Both the position numbers and the translations under genes were made by a program. Shown here piece after piece: positions 37,881 through 49,785 of a DNA stretch of 64,000 bases (the first letter of the stretch is position 1; each line of letters begins with the position of its first letter). The notes beneath the pieces are model-generated. The model saw nothing but the letters and a program-made list of their open reading frames with translations. It made no database searches and had not been told where the DNA came from. The stretch lies in the NCBI RefSeq assembly GCF_018350175.1, contig NC_058368.1:185506001-185570000 (forward strand), in the 5' to 3' direction. This DNA comes from Felis catus. Taxonomy: Eukaryota.

Positions 37881-39520
37881 AACAGATGACCCTTAGGAGT
37901 TTGAATTGCACACCATTGAAAAAATGTTTTTTCAATGAGCTGAGAGAAAAGTAATTCTACAGTAAAATAAGTTGTGCAATTGCTGTGTTCCCTAGTTGGG
38001 GAATCATATTACAGGCTCAGAAAAGTCTGGCAGTTTTTACCTGGAGGACTAACCTAGCATTTCCCATTCATGTTTGACCCTTAAAGTAACTTTTCTTTTA
38101 AAATGTAACCCTAAAAGAAATAGTTCATAGAATTAGTATTCTGAGAAAAACAACTTGAGAAATGTTAATCTTTATTCAGAATATAGATGCCTCAATTATA
38201 TGTTGATGTAGGTTTTGGAGATGGTTCTGAATAATATTAGAAACCATAATGATAATAATAAACACATTAACTAATATTTATAGAATATTGAATTTTTCTC
38301 TGAGGTGGGATATTTAGAGAAATGACATCTTATCTGACTTCCTCTCTTCTCCCCTTATGCTGTCTTTTCTTTTGTCAAAGTATTAATATTAAAAACAATT
38401 GCACATCACAAGTTAGGATATATTTGACTTATATACCAAAATATGAATATGCAAAGTATTCATCATGGGGCCTGGTACATAAGTGGGCTTTTCAAAGTTG
38501 GTAGGATTACTTTCTTTGTGACCTTAATTTCTACTGCACTTTACCACTCTGTCTTAAGTCTGACTGTTTATGTCTTCATACCATAGTTGTGCATCTCTTA
38601 TCTATCTCACAAGATGGACAGTTCCATGAAAGCAAGAAGTTTCTGTTTCACATGCATTGGATTATTACTACTGTATTCTCTGCAGCTCATCTTACTAACT
38701 GATGTAGTGTAGGCCTGCACAATGTACTTCTTGAATAAACAAAATTTTGGAACATTGCTTCCTAAAGTTTTAGACATTATTCTATCTTTTAGGTGACAGT
38801 TTGCTTATTCATTAGAGATCCTACTTGCACGTATTTAATTAGAAACCTGTGATGCAAAATGATGACTCAAGAGATCTAAAAGTCAGTTTTCTATTTAGTA
38901 GAAGGAATTTGTGCAGGAAGATATTCTCTTCTATTTATTGTTTCCCATATTCCAGGAAGAGATTGGTTTTATATTTTCTTGATAACGAGAGTCTACAGTT
39001 ATGCATTATTCTGCTGTTTAAGAATCTTAGAGTATATCCACATTACAAGTGACCAAGAAGGGGATCCTTAGGTTGTGCCAAATGGCAGAACCATCCTTTT
39101 ACATGACTCAGATATTTTTTTTTGCCATGAATAATCAAAGAAGATCAGGTCATAATATGATTGCTTAAATATTTATGTATGTCTTTCAAGCATTTAGTAG
39201 TATGGTTGAAACATAATGGTTGAGTTGTTGGGAACTTTTAGTTGATGAGGCCTTCTTGAAGTTTTATCTGTAGACACTGTCTTGGACATATCAGGGTGCC
39301 ACAAAGGCTCTTGCCAATGCAATAAAATAGTGCTTTTGAGACTATGTGTACAACATTGCCAGCTGTTGAGGTTTCCCTTTGTCAACTCATTTTTGCCATC
39401 ACCAAGTATTTATTACCTTTGAAGATATTCTCTCTTAATTTGAGAAGACATAAGCCTTGGGGTTTTGTACAATTTTTTTTTCTGATAAATGATCTCATGT
39501 CAATAGAGCTTGATTGTGTT

Positions 39521-39522
<2 letters not shown>

Positions 39523-39560
<38 letters not shown>
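39523..39560. repeat. (AC)19 microsatellite
   Basis: Read directly. Confidence 0.97.
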
Positions 39561-39562
<2 letters not shown>

Positions 39563-42542
39563 TTATACACACACCTATAAAACAAACCAGCTCACAGTTT
39601 CACTCATTGGATGTTAACCTACTTTAAGTATTCATTTCTTGAAAATAATTCTTAGTTCTATTTTCAGAGACAGTTCATTTGTGTTTTAAATTATAGGCCA
39701 ATAATTCTTGCTGGAAAGGAGCAAGAGAGTTATTATAAATAAAAACTGACTCATAAACATATTGACCCAACATCTAATAACATTGACCTACTTGCAGTGT
39801 ATATTTAATTAAAATAGCATTAGACAGAACGAAATTAACCTTAGAGAATAACAAAAGCAAATGGCTATAATAAATGCAATTATCTATTACTATTGTTACA
39901 CATCATTGAAAGATTTTCATCAATATTTTATGAAAGATAATTGCCTAATAAAATTCAGATGTAAAATATTTTCCCCTGAATATTTATTTTTTAATCTCCA
40001 GTATGAGACTTGGTTTTGTTTCTGTTATTTTTTAAGGCTGAACTTTTTTGATATTGTTTACAAAGGAGATATTTGAATGATTACATAAATCTATACACAC
40101 ATGAAGGAAGATGGGTCTCTTGAGAAAATATAAAATTAATCCCTTAAATTTAAAAAGAAGACAGAAAAAGTTGTTTTTAAACTTTCTAACAAGGAAGAAT
40201 GGAAGATAAGCACAACTGCCATAGAAAATGAAGGTGGGTATAACTATTGGGTATGAAACAAACATATTTAACAACTCAGCTCATTTGGATTCCCTAAGTA
40301 TAGCACTGGAACAATTTGACATAGCTTTAACATTACATTAACAAAGAGTTATTACCAGAATTTAATGAAAGAAAAAGAGAAAAAGGTTATGATAAAAGCT
40401 TTTGATGTTGATAAGTTTAGGTTCTTTTATTTTGATGGCAGGACATAGCATTCTGGGCTGTTTTAAATGCTATATTTCTTTTCATAGTTCACAGGCAGTA
40501 CTAGAACCTCTCCTCAAGAAAAATTCAAAAGTAAATAAATTAAAACATTTATAATATCACTTCTTATTGGTATGAGAATTATAGGCTAGTGCTTTTATTG
40601 TGTAGGATTTTGTTCTTTTCTAGTTGAATATAGGTGATTACATATTAGAATGCAGAAGGGTAGGCAAGTTGGCCACTTGCTTGCAATTATTATATAAGTG
40701 GACTAAGTTTCACCTTTCAGGGCAAAATGCAAACTTCAGAATAGTAACCCTTTAAATGTCTTGAAACTACTCTTTCACAGTTATTTTAGATCAACTGCAA
40801 ATAGGAGAGATGAGTCATCATCTGGAGCTCATGAGGTTGTAGGAGGATTCAAAATCCTCCTTTGCAGTACACACTCAAAACATCCCAAACAGGGAAAATA
40901 TTACATTTGGAATTATATTCATACTATCAAAATATTTCTTTAACTCTATAAAAACAGAAGTGACGGTAGTATTACTTTTGCAGCATTTTAAAATTAAAAG
41001 TTTTAAGGTGGTGGGGAGAAGATTAAGAAAACCCTTATCTCAAGAAGAGATTGCACAGGAGATAATAATGTCCCAATGTTAGGAAAAGCAACACTGTCTT
41101 CCAAAGGGGATTATGTCTGTCTTACTACTGAAAACCTACTCCTGAGCATAGGCACATAGTAAGGACTCAAAAAAAAAAAATGTTTGTTTGACAGCTTCAG
41201 CCTGCCTTGATAAAGTGGGATTGTGGCCATATTAAAATCATGGATTCTCCTTCATGATATTTTGGTCATGCTTCACATTTGCTAGGAGAAGGCTCAAACA
41301 TTATTTGACAAGGTATGAAGAGATGGACTGGATCTAAAGGAGGACTGGATCTAAAGCCTGGACCTAGAGAAATCTGAAGAAGGGAATTATAGTAAAAATC
41401 CTTCAGTTTCCAAGCACAACTCCAGGCATTTGTTATTCTCTTCACTTCTTCAGGGAAATAGAGCCCTGAATAAGTTTTGCTTGCTCATTGACAATAAAAA
41501 GAACAATAATTATGCAAGAACATGGTAAGAATTATCTCTGGTTCCAAAGCATAGTATCTACAAGAGTTTTGTAAATGAAGTAGTATGGAGTATAGACATC
41601 TCTTTATGAATAGCTTCTTGGGCTTTCTTTCTAACTCCAGCTCCTGGGGAAGAAAGCTGAAGAATGTATAGAGAACATGTGAATAACATTTTGGGAATCT
41701 TGCCAAAGTTTTGGGATTACCATGCTACAAGCTTGTCGATTGTTTTTAAATACTTTTTTTTAAAATAATTGTTTAAAATGTCTTGCTAAATTTAAAACCC
41801 AGCATGTAACTATTTCTCTCTACATGTAATTCAGATGCTTATTATTGAAAGTATTCTACATAATGTGTAATACTTAATAAGTATTCTCCTTATGTTCACT
41901 TTGTAATTATTATATAGAAAATGTCTTTGTATATAAATTCACTCTTCTATATCCAAATTTGAAAAAAAGAATTAGTGTAAAATGTAATGTCTGTGTCATT
42001 AAGAATGGGATGTTCTTAGCTGTTAATAGAAAGCAAAACCACATAGAAAACAATATTTCTCAGTTAGAAATATATGATACATTGCCCTTTTAGTAGGATG
42101 AGTATTTCTCTTCCATTAGTTTCCAAATCATATTATCTCTTTGACCTCATTAGTTTGCTTTGAGGCTTATTAAATTGAAGACAGGAGTAGGCACAAAATT
42201 TTCTTTTTAATAAGATCCTAGCAGTTTCTTCATTTGAGTATTGAATTTGCACTCCAATAGCAAGAATGGAAATTTTTGGTATTGAACACTGGACTCTTCA
42301 TAGTTTAACAAAATTCAAATAGCTTAATAAAATTAAAAAAATTATTTTACTCTGGTGTGGATTTTTCATGACTATGGAAAAAGTCTAAAGTATGCAAAGT
42401 GGTTTAAAATGCTTTATTGTAATGTTTTTGTTTGTTTTAAATTTGAACGAACCAAGGCAAGAATCTTTAATTATCTTTTAAATTGAGCTCACAATCTTTT
42501 CTTTATGAGGCCTTTACTGAGCCTTCCTGTTGGCCCTACATC

Positions 42543-42980
42543 TGTGTGAGTTTCCAAGTGCTGTCATAACAAATTACCACAAACCGGGTGGCTTAAACAA
42601 CAGGAATTTATTTATTCTTTCACAGTTCAGGAACACAGAACTCTGAAATCAAAATGTCGACAGTTACTTCCTTCTGGAGGCTTTGAGTGAGAATCTCTTG
42701 CGTTCTTTTCTCCTTGGTTTTGGTGGTTGTCCACCATCCTTGGCATTGTTTGGTTTGTAGCTCCCTCACTTTGATTTCTGCCACTCTACTGGACTTCTTC
42801 ACTGCATGTTCTTCTGTGTGTCCTCTCTTCTCTTCATAAGGACAGCAGTCCCTGAAATGAAGGCTCTTCCTAACCTTGTATGACCTTATCTTAACTAATT
42901 ACATCTGCAAAGAACTTTTTTCTAAATAAGGTCACACTATGAGGTTCTGGGGGTGACGTGAATTTTGAGCCTTTACATTT
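42543..42980 (-). mobile_element. MaLR solo LTR (MLT1B/C-like)
   Basis: gctgtcataacaaattaccacaaaccgggtggcttaaacaacag...tcacagttc...cttctggaggctttgag...acatctgcaaag...aaataaggtcaca. Confidence 0.85.
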
Positions 42981-43409
42981 TTCAGCCTTTACATTCTGTA
43001 TTGTGTTCTTCATGGTTTAACAAAACTCAGACTCTTTCTCTGGAGTAGATTTCTTCTTAACACTAAAAAAGTCTGCAGTATAGGAAGTATACTGAGCCTT
43101 CCTGCTGGTACAGGCCCCTGTCTTTGTATAACATTTTCTGTAGCATCTCTGCACAAACCTATCTTATAAATTAGCCCTCCAGAGCAAAATCCTTTCCATT
43201 CCTTCTTTTTTCCTTTAGAATGCAAACTTTTTGAAGAAAGGGCCTATACCTTGGTACAATTGAAATCTCAAATTTTAGCAACTATCTGGCACATACAAGG
43301 CAAACTGTTGACATGTTAATTTATTCATTCATTTAGTCATCCAATACTTATTGGATGCCTACTGTGTGCTGGCATAACCAATACAGCAGAAGAGAGAAAG
43401 TATTAATCT

Positions 43410-43563
43410 ATTTCAAATTACATACTTATTGTGGATCACAGCCCTATTTGAATATTGGTTCAACAATGTCCTAGAAATTATACATATGCATATACAGTTT
43501 ATCATACAATTCCACAGTTCATAGAATGCAGACATTCATTAATTCTTTGTTAAAAATCCCTGG
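43410..43563. mobile_element. MER103-like hAT fragment
   Basis: ggatcacagccctatttgaat...ctagaaattatacatatgcatatacagtttatcatacaattcc...gttaaaaatccctg. Confidence 0.5.
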
Positions 43564-43644
43564 CATTGGTCCTGTATAAACTATTTATCTTGCTTTCATA
43601 TTCTCATCCCTAGAGTATTGCAAGACTACTCATAGTAATATTTG

Positions 43645-44181
43645 CTTTATCAATTAGAATAGATTTGCCAGTTGATAATAGAAATTTCAACTAATATTGC
43701 ATCAAACCAGTATAGTTTTATTTCTCTCACTTAAAATTAATTGTAGATATTGGCAGTTGCTGGAATTTTTTTTTAGTTCCTTAATGAGTTCATCCAAGAT
43801 CTAACCCCTGAGTCTCTGATCTCCCTTCCTAAGTCAGGGTTTTAACTGCGGGCAGTATGACTTCATACAAAGATAGGAAGCAGCGGTTGGCTATGGAAGT
43901 AAGGGCCTTATCTTCTTTTCCCTCCATTAGTGAGCAAAAATTCTTTCCTGTTAACAATCTAGAAGATTCCCTGTTCTGTTTAATTAGTCAGAAGAGAGAA
44001 ACATGGAAACCCTTTGGTATAAGCAATGCTTGGAAATTAGTATCTATCATGACCAGATTAGATCGGTAATGATTTATCTCTGGGTTTGGCTACATTGCCT
44101 TGCAGAATATAATTAAGATTCTCTTAGCAAAGAAGATAGGTGAGATGGCTGTTGAGTAGATGAATAAGAGTGTCTGCCACA
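43645..44181 (-). mobile_element. Ancient MaLR LTR (MLT1J-like)
   Basis: gttttatttctctcac...gattctcttagcaaagaaga...gatggctgttgagtag...gtgtctgccaca terminus. Confidence 0.6.
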
Positions 44182-44671
44182 CATGCATAAATCTTCAAAG
44201 CTTTGAAAGTGTTTTCCAAAATATAGTCTAATCTAAACATCATACAAGTGGTTCAACAATTGTTTCCCATTTGCTGCTAATGAAACTAAGGCTGAGTAAA
44301 GTCAACAGACTTGCCTAAAACTTGACAAGTAAGTAGCTGAGCTGAGATATAATCTTTTAAGCTATTTGTATATGTGCACATACTTTTAGGATGTTCATTC
44401 ACATGTCAATAAGCATTCAAAAAAAAAAAGATAATGATCCATTAAAAAAACAGTTTTAGAGAAAGGGTAAGGATGAATCCAACTGAATGCATTTGAATTT
44501 CCAGGTCCACATTGCATGCACAGGGTTGATTCCCTCAACATGATAATGAAAAGAAGATATGTCTAAATTAAAGGTATATTAAGTGAATTTACAACTGAGT
44601 ACAACAAAGCATGAGAATCCCATGCCATTCTCTTTCTTAAAGGAAAGATGCCTGGGAGAAATCTGTATTTA

Positions 44672-44896
44672 TTTATTTTTTTAAATTTTTTTAATGTTTA
44701 TTTATTATTTTTGAGACAGAGAGAGACAGAGCATGAACGGGGGAGGGTCAGAGAGAGGGAGACACAGAATCTGAAATAGGCTCCAGGCTCTGAGCTGTCA
44801 GCACAGAGCCTGATGCGGGGCTCAAACTCACAGACTGCGAGATCACAACCTGAGCTGAAGTCGGGCGCTTAACCAACTGAACCACCCAGGTGACCC
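44672..44896 (-). mobile_element. Felid SINE
   Basis: Well-preserved body. TSD gagaaatctgtattta (44656-44671) / gagaaatatgtattta (44897-44912). Confidence 0.95.
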
Positions 44897-45999
44897 GAGA
44901 AATATGTATTTAAACTCAGAGTTTCTTGTTTTCTCATCCTGAGTTTGCCGCAAAAAAATCTATTGCCAGCATTTTAAGAGCTAATAGCAATGAAGATAGG
45001 GATAGAAATGCACCTAGTAACTTCTTGTTTAGAGCTAATCCTACCATAAAGTGTTGACTGACCCCTGTGAGAAGTTCAGTTATTGGAGAGGTTTAGAGAG
45101 GTTTTCACTTTTAAAAGAGAATTGGGGCAATAAATATTAACATTCCCAAGTATTTTTCAAGAAAAAAATGCATATACATCATAGTAGATGTTTTCTCCCA
45201 ATAGCATTCATTGCTCTTCTTCTAGTAACCTCATTTTGATTTCTCATTGTGGAACCACCATTCTCTCCTATTCACTAGACATGGGCTTTCTTAGCCTGCC
45301 TTCTTATTCCAGGAATTGACAAGCGAGCCACAGCTGGCCAGTTAACCTATTCTACCTGTTAGCCATTAGTATTTAGTTCTGGTTGGCAAACATGAGAGGA
45401 AAATAAGATAAATATGGACCTTTTGCTATAACTACCAGGAAAGAGATACTATTTTTACACTAAGATTGCTAAGCTGATGGAATAAATGAGGCTGAATGAC
45501 AACTTGGCAATTACTGTAAGTGGAAAAAAAGACAAGAAAGAGGGGCTCTCTTACTTATTGAATATCCATTCCATCACAGGCAATATGTGAAGTGTTTTAC
45601 ATATTTCCTCCATTTTCAGATAAGACTTAAAGAGATTAAGTGATTTGTCTAAAATTACACAGAACCAAAGCAAGAACTTGAACTCAGAGATGTGTGACAT
45701 GGAGTTGGGTTATATTTGCCATTTCTTTCCATTCTGAGTATTGGTATCTTAAGAGTATATTTATGCACGTGGCACAGTTATCATGATATGCTGAAATAGA
45801 ATTATGTATAATGTAGTCGTTCTATGTTATATTTTAAGACCTACACCAGTCCTGTAGAGAATTTTATCTGTCAGAGGATGCTTCTGGCCATGATCAAATT
45901 GATGACTAAGAAATAGCTCCCTCCATAGTTCACTGAGATAAGTGGACATTGCTAGCCATTCTCCATGGGAAATTAATTGGATAGCATAGTTTATCACAA

Positions 46000-46906
46000 C
46001 CACATCTGAGTTGATGGAACCACCCTTCACTCACTTGCTCAGGACAAAAACTGGGCTTCACCATTAATCATTCCTTTTCTCTCATTGTCCACACCCATTA
46101 ATAAGTTATGTCTACTTTGCATCCAAAGTATATGCTGGATCTATTTTCCCCCCATCTACTCTGTTATCATTCAAGTCACGTCACCATTATCTGGTGAAAA
46201 TAGTGACAACCTATTTTTCCAGGATGATATTTCTGCTTTTTGTTGCTTCATTTAGTCCATTCTCCACAAAGTTGCCTTCATGATCTTTTAAAAATAGAAA
46301 CCAGAATGTATCACTTCCCTGTTTAAAATGCTTCAAATGGCTTCCTATTGCAGTTAAAATAAATTCCTAGCTTATTACCATGCCTACAAGATTAGTATCT
46401 TCCTTGTACCTATCCCTAAGCTCATTCCCTACCATTCCCTTCCTCTCTCCTACACCCTAGCAACCCTAGTCCTTTGTTGTTGTTGTCAAATAATTATTTC
46501 TTAAGCACATTTAAGAGATTATTTCTACTTAAGGGATTTTGTATACTGTTGTGTCTTTTTAGAATCCTCTAATTCTTTGTTTTTACACAGTTGATGTTTA
46601 CTCATCACTATTTCTCATCTTCAGGATCACCCTTTGTAGAGGACTTTTCTTAGCATCCTACCTAAAGTAACCACTTATGTTAGTCACTTCTCTCCCATTA
46701 GCTTATTTTAATTTCTTCATAGAATTTGTCACTATTTACAGTGACCTTATTTATGTATTTGTTTACGTTTTCTTTTCTTCCTTACCTTCCACTTACTCAA
46801 GCTCTAGTAGACTTATCCCCATGAAGGGCAGGAGCCTTCTCTGCCTTGTGCCTTCAGCGTTGTCTGGAATGCAATATGTACCCAGTAATATTTACTGAAC
46901 GAATGA
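46000..46906 (+). mobile_element. LINE-2 3' region
   Basis: agtccattctccaca...gatcttttaaaaa...tcacttccctgtttaaaa...aaatggcttcctattgc...ccccatgaagggcagg...aatatttactgaacgaatgaa (L2 tail). Confidence 0.8.
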
Positions 46907-47693
46907 ACCAGAGTTGTAATAAAAAATAATGTACCCAGCATAAAGAGTGGACTTAATTCCATTTGTTAGTATTTGTTTTTGCTTTTCTGTATTTATTTTT
47001 TCTACTTTGGATGCAAGTAGGAAACCAGCCAACTAAGAGAGCCACAAAACCCTGAGAAAATGTGTTTGGTTGGGAAAAAGGTAATAGATTGACTTACTTG
47101 TGTAGTTCTGTCTCCTTGAACCCAATCATTCTATATAAAAATCAAAGAAGAAAGCTTTTTGTTTGAAAATGAAGTCCCTACAGTAGAGATTAGCATGTTA
47201 TTGACATTTGTACCCCAAATCACTTTCCCAGAAATGAACAACCACCAAGGGTGAAGGATAAAGGGCCGTATAATTTCCACCAGTAGCAGACACCATAGTT
47301 AATTTTATTCTTGGCTCAAATACACTGGTGAATTTTAAAATAGTGCATTAAATAGAAAATATACCCTGCTCCAAAAAGAGTATATATAGGATAGAAATGA
47401 ATGTTTTACACAGCCTAATAAGATAGACTGTATTTTGCTATTTACATAATGTTAAAGCACAATATTTCTTTGTTTCTAGACTGCAAAAAAAGAGTTTTAT
47501 CCATCAACAAAATGAATTATTCATTATAAATGGGCATCATGTTCATGAAGACAAATGTCTCAAAGTAAATTAAAGATAATTAAAGCTATTGTGGGTAATT
47601 AAATTACTAATCTGTTTGTTATACAAAATTTACCCCAACTACTCATGGGGTTTTCTGTAGAAATAAGATGAGGCAAGTAGATACATGGTTATA

Positions 47694-47900
47694 CCAATGC
47701 TGCCCAGAATTTTCAGTGATGATGGAAATGATCTATATCTGTATTGTCCCAAATGGTAATCACTAGATGCATGTGACAATGGAGCTCTTCAAATGTGGCT
47801 AGTGTGACTGTGTAACTGAATTGTAAATTTTTATTTATCTTTAATTAATTTTAATTTAAATAGCCACATGTGGCTGGTGGCTTCCATATTGAATAGCATA
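47694..47900. mobile_element. MER3-like hAT-Charlie element
   Basis: gtgatgatggaaatgatctatatctg...aaatgtggctagtgtgactg...aatttaaatagccacatgtggctggtggcttccatattgaatagca. Confidence 0.85.
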
Positions 47901-48944
47901 GGTAGATAATAATATCGTTAATGAGCTAACTATACATAGAGATCTGTACAGTATGAATTAAACTATCTAGAGAGATTAAGTATTCTGTTGCCAAAGGTAA
48001 TGAAATTACTTTTTTAATAAAACATTTGCATTTTGGCTCCATTCTTCAAACCATCATTACCTTAGTGGACATGTGAGATCATTAGGTACACTGAAATGTA
48101 GTACAAGAGAGTTTGAAAGCAGGGGGGCCTGTTAAGATTAGTGGAGTCATATGTGCTAACTTTAGAATCTAACCTATCATGACACAACTAATAAATACTG
48201 TAAATTAAGATGTAAGGGCTTAATGTTAAAATTGGTTACATGAGCTTGGAAGGGCAAACACTTTAAATTTCTACTGACTCCTTTTTACCTCACCCTTATA
48301 TACTTCTAGAGATTTCATAATTATATTTCAAGCAGAATGATTTTAATTTATATATGTATACATATATATCTGTATATAGACTTCCTTTTATTTCCTTGGT
48401 CTGCTTCAGTGTTCCTCAAATTTTAGTGTGCAGACAATTTTCTTCACCAGGCTGGGTACACAGAATTGTGTGTACTGTATTTCATAGGTAATTTAAGGGC
48501 AATTTTTACATAATTGATTTTGCCTTCTCTGCTGACTTGACTAACTCTTGTGTGACTCGTCTACCTCTCTCAGTGTTAATCCCAGCCATGTTGTTTGAAA
48601 TTATTTTCCCCCAAGGTTGTGAAGAAGATCAATTCAGTATTGCTTCAACTATATTTAAAGCATTAAAAAAATCATACCCTCAGTTATCTGATTTTTCTAA
48701 GTATTTTTATGCTCAAAGGCATAATTGCTAAAAGCAGTTTGAAATAACCTAATAAATTTTAAGCATATGAATACTGAGTGATAATATCTATTTCTATCCT
48801 TTTTTCATGTTTTCCAGACCAACAGAAGCTGTACATTTTTAGAGACTTTTCAGGGCCAACTTATGAAAAAATATTCTTTGAGATTTTAATTACAGAAAAG
48901 TGAATGGTCCCTTTTCCACTCTTAGAATTTTCTATATTGGTTTC

Positions 48945-49168
48945 TTTTTCAAAAAATTATTTTGAGAGAGGGAGGGAGAGAGAGAGAAAGAGGGATAGAA
49001 ATGTGAGTGGGGAGAGGCAGAGAGAGAGAGCGAGGGAAAGAGAGAATCCCAAGCAGGCTCTGCACTGACAGATTAGTGTAGTGTGGCTTGAACTTGCAAA
49101 CCATGAGAACATGAATGAGCTGAAATCAAGAGCCAGATGCTTAACCGACTGAACCACTGAAGCACCCC
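48945..49168 (-). mobile_element. Carnivore SINE
   Basis: Purine-rich linker, gaatcccaagcaggctctg segment, and gcttaaccgactgaaccac...gcacccc head. Confidence 0.9.
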
Positions 49169-49327
49169 TAGATAGGTTTCTTAATATCTGCTTACCTAGA
49201 AATCATATCAGATAGCTTCAAATTGTCCAACAATTAATCTCTTCATGTAAATTAGTAAAACTTAGGTATTAGGCTAGAGACTGTTGTACAAGCAAAAAAA
49301 AACTAATATTCTCAACATTTAGGTATT

Positions 49328-49498
49328 AATTTTTAAAAAAATTAGATAGAGTGAGCAGGGGAACAGGCAGAGAGAGAGAATATTAGGCAAGCTCCATGCT
49401 CAGTATAGAGCTTGACTTGTGGCTCCATCTCAGGACTCTGGGATCATGACCTGACCCAAAATCAAGAGTCTGATGCTCAATTGCCTGAGCCACCCTGG
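49328..49498 (-). mobile_element. Older carnivore SINE
   Basis: gctccatgctcag...gggatcatgacctgacccaaaatcaagagtc...ctgagccacc. Degenerate TSD catttaggtatt / catttaaatatt. Confidence 0.88.
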
Positions 49499-49744
49499 CA
49501 TTTAAATATTTTACAATATAGTTGTGGTCACAAGCTAATCATAAGTGAAATCAATGTGAATGATTAATATTTTAGGGTGTGAATTATAAGTTATCAACTA
49601 TTTTACAAGTCTCCTTGTGTCAAAATATTTAAATTCTTTGTGATTTTTGACAAGCAAATATTTGTCTTACAAAACCCTTTACAGAATGGCGAATAAATTT
49701 TGATCAACACATAAAACATATTTGGTACCTCTGATACACACATG

Positions 49745-49748
<4 letters not shown>

Positions 49749-49782
<34 letters not shown>
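49749..49782. repeat. (CA)17 microsatellite
   Basis: Read directly. Confidence 0.97.

Positions 49783-49785
<3 letters not shown>

Noticed and set aside
43338..43357. 9-bp-arm palindrome catccaata-ct-tattggatg
   Set aside because: Lies in a decayed L2 tail and is compatible with chance in 64 kb.
47480..47565. AG...GT bounded segments resembling exons (also at ~48818, ~51954, ~54578)
   Set aside because: Weak donors or in-frame stops and unrecognisable peptides. Such matches are frequent in AT-rich DNA.
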